Assembly (NCBI RefSeq): GCF_009834535.1
Contig: NC_045696.1
Coordinates: 20,648,001 to 20,712,000 of the forward strand
Direction of reading: 5' to 3'
DNA: 64,000 nt
From: Camelus ferus
Taxonomy: Eukaryota
The stretch's first letter is position 1. Every line of letters starts with the position of its first letter. Of the stretch, positions 41,310-53,724 are shown piece after piece. Position numbers and translations under genes: made by a program. Under the pieces are notes generated by a model, which saw only the letters and a list, made by a program, of their open reading frames with translations, had not been told where the DNA came from and did not search any database.

Positions 41310-42420
41310 ACTCATTCCATTAAGACTTCTTCCTTCTCATTCCACAGCCACCCTAGGGAAATTATTCTGGTCTAGATTAACTGTACCTTCCACAATGTTT
41401 AATTATATGGTCAGTTCTTATCTTCATATTACTTGGCGTCTCAATAATTTCTGGCACTGCTCATCTCTGAAATCCTGTCCTCACTTGGCTTACAGGACAC
41501 ATACTCCCCTGTCATTCTTCTGACTTTACTGACTATCCCTCCTAGATCTCTTTTTCAATTTTCATTTCCATTTCCATTTTTTAATCTAATCCTTTTATTA
41601 TTAAAATAATACCATGCTTCTACATGATCTAATTCTTTTAAAGTTGTTTCTGTAATATTTTTTGATTAAGTGTCTTAAGTGTGTGTCAAGACTCAGACCC
41701 TGGATCTAACACAGTCATATAGATTTAAATACTATCTTTATATTAATAATTCTCAAATTTATGTCTCTAAAAAATAAATCTCCCCTGAACTACAGACTGA
41801 TGCATGCAGATTCCTAATCCACATCCTCATCCGGTTTCCAGTAGGAATCTAGTACCTAGTATATCCAAAATATCTTCCTTTAAAATTTGCTTGTGGACAG
41901 TCTTTCCCATCTCCACTAATGGTAATTCCAACCCACTCAAAACGTCCTGAAATTATCCTAAAATTATTTTCCTTTTTTTTCTCCTACATCCCACATCCAA
42001 TATTTCACAAAGTGATATTAGTCCTAAACAATATCCAGAATTTAAGAACTTCTCCAACTACAGACACCATCCTCTCCTGCCTGGAGCAAAGCCAAAGCCT
42101 CCTAATGGATTAACCTGATCCTCCCCTTTCTAATGGCCTATACTCAACAGAGCACCCAGAGTGAAATGCTTTGAGAATATTATCATCAATATTACTTAAA
42201 TCCCTCCAGAAGCTTCGCAATTCACTCTGAATAAAAACCAACGCCACTGACATGGTTCCCAAAGCCATACATATTCTAGACCTCCCCTACCTCACTGCCC
42301 TGTTTTCCAACTGCCTACTCTTTCCTCTGCTCCAGCCTCCTGACAGTCAAGGGAAACTCATTCCTCACATCCTTGGTACTTTCTACTTCTACTGCTTGGA
42401 ATGTGCTTTAGTAGTTCATC
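41310..42420 (+). mobile_element. L2 LINE, RT region to 3' end
   Basis: ggtcagttcttatcttcatattacttggcgtctca (GQFSVLILLDLS-like), tcctcacttggcttacaggacacatactc (SSLGFQDTTL-like), tctcccctgaactacagact, aatatccagaattt, ctgcttggaatgtgctt. Confidence 0.75.
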
Positions 42421-42499
42421 TAAGCTATTTAGGGAAAAAAAATCTACGTAAAGAATGAAATGAGGATAAAAATATTGGGTCAGCAAAGGTATATTTTTC

Positions 42500-42790
42500 G
42501 GTAGGTAACATTTTTTTTCCCCCCCACTGGATTTGACTGGTAGAAGATATGGGGCTGAGTCTGCTGGCAGCTGTTGGGCCACTGTATGTACCTGAGAATA
42601 AACCACCTTGGACAAGAGTAGAACAAAGAATTAGAGAGAAATCAGACCCTAAGTTACAATTTGAGTTCCTGTATTTACTACATCAAAAAATAGTAAATAT
42701 GAGCTTAATCATTGTTCTAATATGTGTGGTTTAGGCTGGGTTTATATCTCTTTACATAATTAAAAAAAAACCAACCAAAGTTAACAAAAA
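42500..42790 (+). mobile_element. Old MaLR LTR 3' part (MLT1K-like)
   Basis: ggggctgagtctgctggcagc...cctgagaat...agagagaaatcagaccct...tttgagttcctg...ctgggttt pattern. Confidence 0.45.
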
Positions 42791-43989
42791 ATAAATTCAA
42801 ATAATACACTAATTTCATTTTTACGTTATCTTCTATGCTGACATTAAAATTTAAGATGAAGATGAAACAGAAGCTAACACTAGATAAAATGTGCATCATT
42901 CCTAATTAACAACGATCTACAAAGAAAAGGTAGGTTTGGCTTCTTTCTGATAATCAGATAAAAATAATGTATTCATTTCCCAAGTTGATTCAAGGTAAGG
43001 ACTGCTGCTTTATTAATTAAAATGGAAAATCCTAAAATTAATATGAGAACTGAGTGGAAGAATAAAAAGAGTGGTGAAGGACTGAGTAAGTGAAACCTCT
43101 GGTGAATATGAACTTATGTTCGGATTCCCTATGTCTCAAACAACTAGAAACTCTGGAATACCTACTACAGTTTCAAAATTTAATATTAAATCTTAAAATG
43201 TGGGAATTTGCTACATTTCAAGAACATAATGTAAATAAAAAGAAATATCAAGTAGGAATTCAAACCTCAGTTTTTCAGTGAAGGTATGAGATTACAATAA
43301 GAACTCTAAAAGAAGGAGGTGGGGATTTAATATCTCCACAGAAACAAGATAAAACCTCTGATTTAGGAGAGGCTGTGAATTGGAAAAGAGATTATACACA
43401 GAGCCAAGTGCCTCAGTAAATTGTCCTATTCATAAAATTTACCTAAACAAACCAGGAAGGTGAAATAAGAACACATTAATTAGACAAATCATGAAAGGAT
43501 CTGGAATTCAGATACTTACTGAAAGAACTAAAAGTTTATTTATCAGTGAAAAGAATACTGAGCTGAGAAAATAAAGTGAGATGCAAGATGCAATGGTAAA
43601 CAAAGATACTGCTAAACTGGGTGATACATATTAAAAAAAGTGTTGAGCATTGAAAATGATATGCACTATTTAAGTGTAGAAAATAATTGAAAGCTTTAAT
43701 AATTTATAGGTGGAAGTAAAATGATAACTTCTGTTACCAGATGGCAGGAGGGTGGAAATCTGTGTAAAATCTTTCTAAAATTGTACACTGATTTTGAGGA
43801 GAAAAATTCCTTGCAAAAATGTATATAATTTAATTTGATTATACAAGTTAAATGTTTCAAAGCATCAATTTAAAAATACAGAAATAAAATGTAAACCAGA
43901 GAGAAAGAAAAAATTGGGTAGAGATCACCATAAGCACATTCACTTCCCCAAAACCGAGGAAAGACTGAAAGTAAAAGTTGGAAAAAAAA

Positions 43990-45990
43990 ATTAGAACAGA
44001 CTCATGCAGTAATTAAACTAAAAATAAATAACTGTAATAAATGTAAAGACTTGGTTTAGGTTTTTTAAAAGGCAGCTATAAACATCTTGTAAAACATAAT
44101 GATGTAGTATAACTGGATATGAATGCATAAAAGTACCAACCAAACTCCAAAGTGACAAAAAGATTGTGTCAAAATATTAATATCAGACAAAACAGAATAT
44201 AAGATAAAAATGTTTTATGAGATCTAGTCATTGTTTAATTATAAAAAGAACAAAAATTACTAAGAAGATAATACCATAAATATTTATACATTTTATCTAG
44301 CCTCTAGACTGATGTATTAAGCAGAAAATGAGAAAGAGAGAGAAAGGACAAATAATTTAAACAACATGGTATAGGCTTAATCAAGTAGTTACTTATAAGC
44401 ATACTTTTTCCAGCAGACATAATATATTTTAAAAAACATAATCACTAACTATACTAAAGAAATATATTTGTAGAATGTAAGAGGAAAATACAGAATGATA
44501 ATAGATGGTCATATTTCTCTGAACATATTAAAATACTTACTGGAAAACAAAATCAACAAGACTGCAAGAGATTTATCTTTTTTCAAAAATTAGAAAATAC
44601 AGTTCTAGCTAATCTATGGTCAAAGAGAGAATCGCTTTGCATATTATAAAATATTTAAAACTAAATAGCAGACAAAATACTGCATTCTTTAAACATAATT
44701 TGGAGTTAATGTACTACATAGACGTAAATGTATAATAACTTCAATACACAATTTGGGGTCAGATATTTTCTGAGTTGCCTGAGAAAAGGCATTTCAGTTT
44801 AAAAAAATAGAAAAGTGAGAAAACCAAACAACACAGCAAAAACGGGACAAAAAACAGAAGAACAAGAAATAAGCAATACTGAAGAAAATATGAAATAGTT
44901 TTTTTTTTGAAAAAAATTAATACCAGGAGAAAACCTCAGGGAAGAGTATTCAACATAAAATTGAAAACACATTGAAATCATGTATGAAATTAAAAAAGGA
45001 GATGAACTGTCAATCAGGAAGAAATTAAAGTAAGACACTAACCTCTTTCCAGTACTCTAAAAAATATTAAATTCTCAATTTTGTGTAAAATATGAATTTC
45101 CTAAATTGACTGTTTTATATATACATACACCTGAAAATTTTAAGGAAAATTAAACCCAAGTTCATAATTTTTCCACAGTAAAGGCAGCACCCCAAGCCAA
45201 ATTAAGCTTTGAGTTTTAGCAACTCAGTTCTAATCCCCAAGGATCTAGCTAATCTATGGTCAAAGTGTATGTTCTCTATCTTATACTGTCTATCTCACCA
45301 AATGGAAAAGGAAGGCAATCTACGAGAGCATCCATATGACCAACATATATGGACTTATAATTTAAACCTATCTCATTAAAATGTATATGTCTTAGATAAA
45401 ATACCCACTAAGTCCAGATGATTAAATTATTTGTGTGTGTGTATGTGTGTGTGTGACAGAAATTCAACATGTGTGCATGTATGTCTATGTGCGTGTGCAT
45501 GTGCCATATTTCTCCTTATCATCAGGATTATCCAAAAAAACAATGACATTTTATCAGAACATCTGTTAACATAATTCATGAATAAACTACAGAGGAGAGT
45601 AATTATGATCTCAATACACACAAAAACACATTTGATATTATTCTACTCTAATCTATAATGAAATACTATTATATCACTTTAAATTATTTTTAAAAATTTT
45701 ATAATGGGTATGGAATAAACTCTACAAAAATCAGTAGAAAAATGTTAGAAGCATATTCTTTATAAGTATGTATGAAAAATGGCTACCATAAAGTACTTAT
45801 TCAAAAGTATATCATAGTCCCTAGGTGGTACAAAAGAAAAGTAATAAAAAGCAGAATAATTAAAAGGAATGAAGCAAAATCATTCTTCTCAGCAAATGTT
45901 AGAATGGATACAGGAAAATTCTGGAGCCTCTACAGAAAATATTTAAAGTAAGATGTAAACATTAAGAGACCAATTATGTAAAATTTTAAA
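43990..45990 (+). mobile_element. Highly decayed ancient L1 ORF2 (EN to RT)
   Basis: Colinear remnants: ILISDKTEYKIK (~44174), SHCLIIKRT...EDNTINIY, a LLNNxWVKEEI-like stretch (~44603), an SWFFEKIN-like stretch (~44895) and a MIISIDAEKAFD-like stretch (~45605). Confidence 0.7.
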
Positions 45991-45998
45991 ATATACCA

Positions 45999-46518
45999 TG
46001 TTGCATTTATTTTGCGGATGTACTTTGTGCTGAACTTTGGCAACTTGGCACCACCATCACTTTATTGAAACCTGGGGACTACATTTCCCAGAGTCACCTT
46101 TTTAATGTGTCCTGTTAAAATCTACTAACGAAAGGAGCTCACTGACTTAGAATCTGGAAGTGAAGTGACCAGTAATTTCAGATTGTCAAAAAATCAATTC
46201 CCAGTGACTACCCCAGGACCGACAGCATCTCAGGCTGCCCTTCTTCTAGGTCTTCTCATGACCAGCAACCTCTTCACCACCAGTCTCACTCCAGTGCTTC
46301 AGGCTACCTTGTTCATAATTCATTTTAAGAAGACCATTTTTTTTTCAGAGAAGTTTTAGGTTCACAGCAAAATCAAGAGGAAGGTACAGAGAATGATCAT
46401 TTCACTGAATCCCTGGCTTCAGTTCTTCCCACACTGCTGTCCGATTTCCTGTATTAAACTCCACTTGCATAACACCTGTTGGTGATTCTGATCTTCTGAT
46501 TGATATGCACACATACAT
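45999..46518 (+). mobile_element. ERVL LTR (LTR33-like)
   Basis: ctggggactacatttcccagagtc...tctggaagtgaag and 3' ttcctgtattaaactcc...gtgattctg...ctgattga...ataca. Confidence 0.6.
46323..46392 (-). mobile_element. ~70-bp L1MC 3' tip inserted in the LTR33-like element
   Basis: Reverse complement (tctctgtaccttcctcttgattttgctgtgaacctaaaacttctctg...ggtcttcttaaaa) matches the L1MC 3' termini at ~3850-3910 and ~14695-14757. Confidence 0.75.
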
Positions 46519-49101
46519 AGTGAAATTTAAACAAACGGTCTGAAAAGACCAAGAGCAACATCTGAATACTGGTTACTCTAAGGCAAAGGGAAGGAAAATT
46601 TCCAACTATGTTGATTTTATTTTATTTACTAGGAAATAAACTCTGAAGAAAGTATGGCAAGTGAACTAACACTTGTTAAAACTACATTATATTAGGTAGA
46701 TCAGTATATATTAAAATATTTTATGTATTATTCCAGATTTTAAAAAATTTTCCTTAAAATAGAGTTTGTAAACTTTTTTTTTTTTTACCTGAGCTCCTTT
46801 CTAATATTTTCTTGGTTAAGTCATCAAATTTCTTGTTTAACATACTCAATTATGGCCAGAAAAGTATAATTATACTGATGAATATGATAGATACAAAGCA
46901 CTGAAATTATCGTGTATCGTCTGACATTAGGTGTCTAGACACTTTGCTATTAAAATGATATACTATTACTGTAAAAGGATTTCATGAATGAACTTGATTT
47001 CCATTTCAGATTCAAATTTTTAGTCAACCATGAAACATTTCAGCAACGTTTGCTAAATCATTGCATGGAAGTGCTATTTTAAACCATTGTTGAAATTTGA
47101 AATTTGAAACTTGGCTGGGAGAGGGAATGAGCATATCTCCATCACTTTTCCAGAGGAGTATCACTAGGTTCCATGTTCACTTACAGCACAAATGAAGATG
47201 AGAAATCTGTTGAAAGGCTTAGCTGAGCTAGTTATACTACAGCTACCCAATAATCTCTTTACGAAAGAACATGGACATTTAGTTAAATGAACTTCATGTA
47301 TAGTTTTCAAAAAAGGATGAAACATTTTTAATAAGTCATCATTACTAGGGTTTTATTGTGATAAGAAGGATTAACATGGAGCAAGGGCATGAAAAACATT
47401 TGGCTGCTTCTGCATTCTACACTGTTCTTGGTCTTACTCTTACTAACACCCTTATCCACCCCCTGTCATTTCTTCTAGTCACCCCATCCTGTGATTCAGA
47501 GTTAGCGACCGTATCTCATATAAGCACACCTGGATAACTTAAAGCTATTCTTAAGTGCACCTTTCATAAACACCTTGAAGAACTGCAAACAGAACTTGCT
47601 TTCTCTAGTGCTTTGGGACTAGGAGACAAATTACTCTCCTCTCTCCAGAAATGCTTCCAGATAGTTATTTCGACAATTGCCAGAATGGGAGGATGAGAGC
47701 TATATCTTAGCCCTTGAGAGAATCTAAGAATTGAATTTTGACCCCTTCACCTCTTTACCATCTTCCTCCACCTAACAACACAATTAACTGTCAGTGAACT
47801 GGCCTTAGACCACTAAAATTGTCCTACTAAATCATTCAAAATTTCCAATAGCTTAGATGTCACTCCTTGGTACAGCTGGTTCATAGAATAATTTAACTCC
47901 ATAGCCTGAATATGGGAAGTGACAGGACCATTCAAAAGGAAAATCGTATGGTTTAAGAGTAGAGACTGTAAGAAATTTGCTTCTCTAAGACAACATAAAA
48001 AAGGATGAAAAGGGATTTTGAAAAACCCTAGAGTGGTTTGGAGAAACAGTACTCTGAGTTGGAAAAAAAAGAATCGTGCTTCCAGTAAAAGAGATCCGGT
48101 CTCCGACTGAGTCACAGGCAGTTGGGGGATGCTCAGTGTAAGCCTCTGAAGAGTTCCTGTGTCATAGTGCCAAGCAGATAGGAATGGACATCTCACAGAC
48201 CTGGTCATTTATAAACAATTACTTTATTTCATGCCCATAGTGTCCTAATCACTGTGTTGAGAACTGAAGCATGGCGAAAAAGCTTAGGAAACAGTATACA
48301 AGTAAAGAAGCAAACAAATAAATATTTCTCCACTGCAACATGACAGTACTGAATGGATTATGCATACAGAAAGAGAAGTTAGCCAAGCTCCTTTCAATCT
48401 TAAAATTAAAGTGAAACCTCAGTGTATTGTTTCTTCATGTTATGAAGTTAATTTGAATATTAGTTGGAAGAAGCTACTGAATACATTTACTAGTTTAATT
48501 TCACTTGCAATCTTGATGACTTTGACTGATGGATGTATAGGGCGCTTGGAGAATCAGGAACAGGGGTAACTAGTGACAAAGATTAAGGTATTAATGTAGC
48601 GCAGACTGTTCAGAATAAAATGAACAGAGCCAAATTCTCCACTTAATAATCTGATTAATCATTCTCCTTTTTATTGTTTTTAACTGTAGCAGTAACTACT
48701 CATTCTACAGAGAAAAAGATTCTCAAAGCATCTGACTTAACAATTTGTGAGACTTTTTATTTCTTGGACTTATCCATTAATATGTTGTGTGAAGTAATTT
48801 GTGACAATTAACTTCTGTAATAAATGTCTCCCATAGAAATAATCATTACTTTCCTCCCACTCAGTCACTAAATGGGTGACTGCTGCAGGTCACAAAGAAA
48901 CATTATCTCCTATTTTACAAGAGACCTACAATTTATTTCACATGTTAAGTAATTTATGTCACTATTACACATTTACTATGAATATTCCTGCTCTGCTCCT
49001 GAGACTTTCTACTACTATTACTGTTGTTGTTCTTGTTGCTGTTTTATTTTCTGAGTGAAGAAATGGAATTGCTCAGACAGATGTTTGCTTTGATGACACA
49101 C

Positions 49102-49554
49102 TGAAATTATAATGAAGTCATCATAATTCAGGCATATAAAGTTGGCAGCCATTGAGAATGTGGTCTCAGACCCTGTACCACTGAGAACTCAAATTTTCTC
49201 TGAACTGTATCAAACCCAGGGATACCACCAGGTGTTTTCGAACAACACCTGCCAGCTGCAACTTTATGATCTCAAGGTCTCCCCTTGTAACCATGCAGCC
49301 ATTTCAGACCCCAACCAATCCTTGCTTATCGAGTACCTTACTTCTTGCCAGCTCCAATTATAATTCTTGACAAACAACTTTTGTAACTAATTGTGGCCTT
49401 GCAGTTTTTGCTTTTACAGGCTCTCTCCACTTTGCAGTCCAGCAGAATACAATCCCAGCACTTCGTGAATCTGTCTCCATGGATGCAGTCCTAAAACAAA
49501 ACCCCCAGAATTTTCTACTCAATCAGGTCTTCATTTCTGAAATTTTGGTTAACA
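49102..49554 (+). mobile_element. Probable ancient ERV1 solo LTR
   Basis: TG start, CCAAT-like aaccaatc, aactttt-gtaac motif, ttcgtgaatctgtctcc...gcagtcct and a ...ttttggttaaca terminus typical of MER4-group LTRs. Confidence 0.5.
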
Positions 49555-49852
49555 GTTCATTGGTTTTGCTTTTGGTTTTATTTTGGTTTTAAAAGGAAAG
49601 ATGTGAATGTTTCTAGTAATGAGTATTGTCAGTTTCCCTCTTTGAGAGTGAACAGTGGTTGGGACACATGACCTGTGGGACTGTTTGTTAGACCGCTTAA
49701 GGAGCTATGTCTGAAAGAGAACTCTCTTGTTCTTGCCATAAACAAATCATGACAGAAGGTAGGGGTTATTGGGTCTCCTAGAGCAGCTGTCAGGAGCAGC
49801 ATGCGTATTTTTCTTGGTTTTCTCTTTGCAGAACCTCCTATCATATTCCATT

Positions 49853-49972
49853 TTCTCTCTCTCTCCACTATCTACCTCTCTCTCTCTCTCTTTCTATATA
49901 TATTTATATACTATATATATTTCTAAATTATATATATATAGGATTCTGTGAACTTTTATATATATATATATA
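49853..49972. repeat. Degenerate (CT)n / (TA)n low-complexity tract
   Basis: Directly visible. Confidence 0.85.
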
Positions 49973-50701
49973 GTTTACATAACTATCACTGAGTTTTATT
50001 TTGTAAACTGAGTTGACTAAAATCTTGATATTTGAAAAGCATTTTACATATCAGACTGGAACTAAACACTCTGGGGTCTATACAGATAAATTTTACTTAC
50101 CCCCAGTATAAGCCTTAATATACTTAATTTAAAGTACTTCCACTCCTGGGGCTTATCTTGAAATATCTGTGAAGCAGTAAGTAGTATACTTCTCAATTTC
50201 CTGGGTTATTTCTCAGTTATAATCTTTGTCTATGTCACATTTTGTTACTTGGTATTTTCAGCACTCCTTTTTATTTTCTTGTATCTAAGATGAGTTGTGA
50301 AGATCAGAGTAGATAACCAGGAATTGTAAGTATAAAGGCATTTTTTAGAAAAAGGAAGTAGTATCACTGACAAGGCTTAAAACTGAGAGTAAGCCTCAGA
50401 GTCACTGTCAGGGGAAAAAAGTCTGTGAGGCTAATCTGACCTCCTGAAAGATGGATGGTTGTGTATGCCCTGCTGTGAACCTTGGATTTTAACCTGCAGT
50501 AATAAGCAATCATATAATGATTTAAAGTTTTTTTGAGTGGGGTAACCATCATATTTGAGTTATAGGAAGATAAATTTGAATGTAAAATAAAGACTATAGA
50601 GAAGGGTTACCAAAATACCTGGAAAGAGAAAAATGGTGGCTTGAAATAAAAGATCTTGATATGGATATTAGATGAAATGATTAAAATTGTTATGTGCTCA
50701 C

Positions 50702-50900
50702 TGTCTTACTCTAGCTTTGCCAGAACACAGAGCCTGAGTAAAAGCTATGTGCTACTACTTGACAGGTAGTGCAGTCCTAGGATTCTGGGCTAAAGGGGAA
50801 AAAAAGAGGAAGATAGGAGGGAAAGAAAGAGCCAGTAAGAGCATATGTTAATAATCAGGTTGTGTGGTGCTGCTGACAGACAGACTATGAGATAGGAAGA
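50702..50900 (-). mobile_element. LTR16-like ERVL LTR (3' LTR of a deleted provirus)
   Basis: tgtcttactctagctttgccagaacacagagcctgagtaaaagctatgtgctactactt aligns with the LTR end at 53077. Confidence 0.7.
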
Positions 50901-50939
50901 TAAACTGATACGCAGAGTAAGTACAGATTTCAGTGAGTA

Positions 50940-51720
50940 TGTATTGCTGCCTTTTTCAAAGAGAACATATTTAAGACAGGTGACATGACACTAAGTATAT
51001 AACTAGTCTTTTTGAGGAATGATGTCATCCTGAGACACATCACTGGTCTCTGCTAATGGCAGGGTGGTTATTCATCAGTAGCAATTAGCTAGGTCAGCCT
51101 ACAAGTGCTAATGCATATATTATGACTCCCATGCATTGGTTTCATCATTCACAGACCATTGCCCAAACTTGGGTAGGACAAGAAGACAGGCTTCCTGAAA
51201 AATCATAGTATTAGTCTTCTGGTATGCACTAACATGGAAGACAAAGATCCACCTGCTTCGAGCCCACTCCCATAGGTCTGTCCATATGTCTAGTCCCCAG
51301 AACTCTGAATGGCTACCTTCCAGTTTTCTTTCTTCTTTAACTTCCACATCGGGATCAACTAATCAGAACTTTTGCTTCTGTCCTAGATTTCATGTATACC
51401 CATACTTCTGGTCACTTCTTATCCACAGAAGGGTGTCATGAGGTACCCACACACAGCTGTGCCCACTGGAATAATGTCCCTTGTAACTGTACTTTAAGTA
51501 CCAGCGCTCTGTAATACAGAGCTGTAATGAGGCAACTAGTCCCTTTTCACCTAATCCAAGCATATTGCAATAATCCATCTGTGAATAGGCTGAGATTCAT
51601 CCTGCTCCAGCAGTTGGTCATAGGGAACCCCCATTAACTTACAGTATGAGTTGAAGGAAATTCATTTGTACAAAGAGACAGGTGACATGGGCATCAGGGT
51701 TACCTGTTCATGTAATTTAA
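50940..51720 (-). pseudogene. pol: ERVL pol remnant (RNase H and integrase zinc-finger region)
   Basis: Minus-strand peptides LHEQVTLMPMSP, GVPYDQLLEQDESQ/FTDG, FWGLDIWTDLWEWARSRWIFVFHVSAYQK and ADLA/IATDE*PPCH*QRP are colinear with recalled HERV-L pol motifs (LHEEVAQMPM, WGVPYDQL..WFTDG, VWGRGMWMDLSEWAK.VKIFVSHVNAHQR, KADLATATAECPICQQQRP). Confidence 0.85.
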
Positions 51721-51849
51721 ATATGTATTTGATCTGCTTGAGAAAAATCTCTACTGTGATGTTCCATTTCACAATAAATCCTTCCTATTCTGCCTGACAT
51801 GCAAAAATGAATATGATAAAACACCTCAAAATAGACAACTCTATTTATG

Positions 51850-53076
51850 GAAAATAAAGATCCATATGCTTTGTGCCTACTCCCCCGGCAAAAAATTAAT
51901 CCTTACTAGGACCATAGCACCCCCTCTAAATTAATCCTTACTGCTTTATGGAAGACAGTATCGTCTGGGCTATTTTGGGTTCTTAGCTTTTAAGTTTGTT
52001 TTTTTTTTTTTTTTTTTTTTTGCTTTTAAGTATTAAATCCATTTTACTTTCCCATATTCTCTGAGACTTCTGATTTCATCTACAGTATTATGTCAAGGAA
52101 GTAACAACATTCATTCCTAACTTATTGTAGTTGAGTGTATGTAAGATTTAAGTAGCCAGGTTAATAGGTTATTAGGATAATTTAGGCATCCTTATAATGG
52201 AAATAAACTCTTAAAAGTAATTAAGTTATCTCCTATAAAATCATATTTTCCAACCCTTGGATGAATATACTCAAGTTCTATGCCTAAATATTGTCCAATA
52301 GTTCCTGCCAGCAAAAATTAGCTAGGTTCAATACTTCCTTTAATGTGTATGCTATTTCATTCTGGAAGACAGATTTTACTTCCCTGTTTGGACTGATGTT
52401 TGTAATTATCTTAGAGGCAATGAGGGGAGGCAGGAAAACATTTTGTGGAGACAAGTTTCATCTCTGTAAGCATTTGATTCAAAAGAGGTCATTCTGAGTT
52501 CACTATTCAAGAGGAGGCTGTTTTCCTCTAACAGAAGGACGGGGGCAGACTTTTGCAGAAATAATGAATTCAACAGAATTCAGGAATTAAAATTTATCAG
52601 ATTTGTCCATCCACACTCCTCATCACAAATTTCAGAGTTCTACTTTTCTATGAAGTCCTAACATTGACAAATGAGACTTGCTGAGGTTTCACACTTAATT
52701 ATATTATACAGTCTGACACCCTTACAATTAGGTTCTGCCCTGAGATTGCTGCTTCTGAAAAACTTCATAGAAGCTACTCACAGTATGCCATGAGACATTT
52801 TTTGACGCCCAGGTAAATGGAGGAGTTGGCTGTTCAGAGTGACTGAATTCATGTAATTGTTATACCCCATACAATTCTAATACCACAGAGCCTAATGATC
52901 TAGATTCCACCTGTAACTCATTCACATCATTATTGATATTTTGGTGCTACTGCAAGCCAGGAGTTACACTCACTGTATTTACTATCAGCAATGGGATCTT
53001 CATCAGAACTATGAGTATGTAAGCTCCTTGCTTTTATCCTGAGGGTCTGCTTTCTAGGGTCATACCTAGTATCGAA
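51850..53076 (-). pseudogene. gag: ERVL (ERV3-16A3-like) internal leader and gag remnant
   Basis: Internal region starts gatactaggtatgaccctagaaagcagaccctcaggat right after the LTR. Peptides SDEDPIADSKYSECNSWLAVA and QNLIVRVSD...KPQQVSFVNVR resemble ERVL gag. Confidence 0.7.
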
Positions 53077-53290
53077 TGTCTTACCTTGGGTTCTCCAGAA
53101 AGCAGAGCCTGACAAAAATGTGTACGTGCTAGTACTTTATTAGGCAAAGCACACTGGCAAGAGTTGAGGGAAAGGGGAGAGAGAAAAGAAGAACAAGAAA
53201 ACACCAAACAGTATATTGGTATTACGTTTTCAATTGACCACTGCATGATATGAAATAAAACTGGTGACTTTCAGGACTTTCTTAAAAGAT
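53077..53290 (-). mobile_element. LTR16-like ERVL LTR (5' LTR, truncated)
   Basis: tgtcttaccttgggttctccagaaagcagagcctga...tagtactttattagg; abuts the internal region. Confidence 0.75.
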
Positions 53291-53298
53291 GCTGTATA

Positions 53299-53510
53299 AA
53301 ATACAAAACTCTCACGAACTAAATCAAAGAAGAATTAAACAAATGGGAGGATATTCCATGTCCATGGACAGGAAGGCTCAATACAGTCAAGATGTCAGTT
53401 CTTCCCAACTTGATCTATAGTTACAATACAAGTCCTAATCAAAATCCCAGCAAATTCTTTTATGGATAACTTAGGAGAAAATCTAGATGACCTTAGGTAT
53501 AGTGTTGACT
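53299..53510 (+). mobile_element. L1 ORF2 fragment
   Basis: Translates as [38 protein letters not shown], a conserved post-RT L1 ORF2 segment. Confidence 0.85.
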
Positions 53511-53571
53511 TTTCATCCTAAAAGTAAGTTGAGATATTCTGGCCCTTTATTATAGGTAAATAATGTAGGAT

Positions 53572-53720
53572 ATCTGTCTCTCAGTATCTGCGGGGGGAGG
53601 GGAGGGGGAGGATTGGTTCCTGAACCTCCACTGGACACCAAAATTCATAGATACTTAAGTTCTTATATTAAAAAATGTATATAGGTCCTCTGTATCTGTG
53701 GGTTTGGAATATATGGTTGG
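53572..53720 (+). mobile_element. TcMar-Tigger (MER2-like) DNA transposon fragment
   Basis: ctcagtatctgcgggg...gattggttcctgaacctcc...acaccaaaattcatagatacttaagttcttata matches the MER2/Tigger2 left end. Confidence 0.7.
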
Positions 53721-53724
53721 AGTC

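Noticed and set aside
47813..48208. 131-aa minus-strand ORF
   Set aside because: No recognisable domain or splice context; probably a chance ORF in decayed repeat sequence.
53592..53611. G-quadruplex-like G-run
   Set aside because: Appears to be an expansion of the G-run in the MER2-like end; no independent sign of function.
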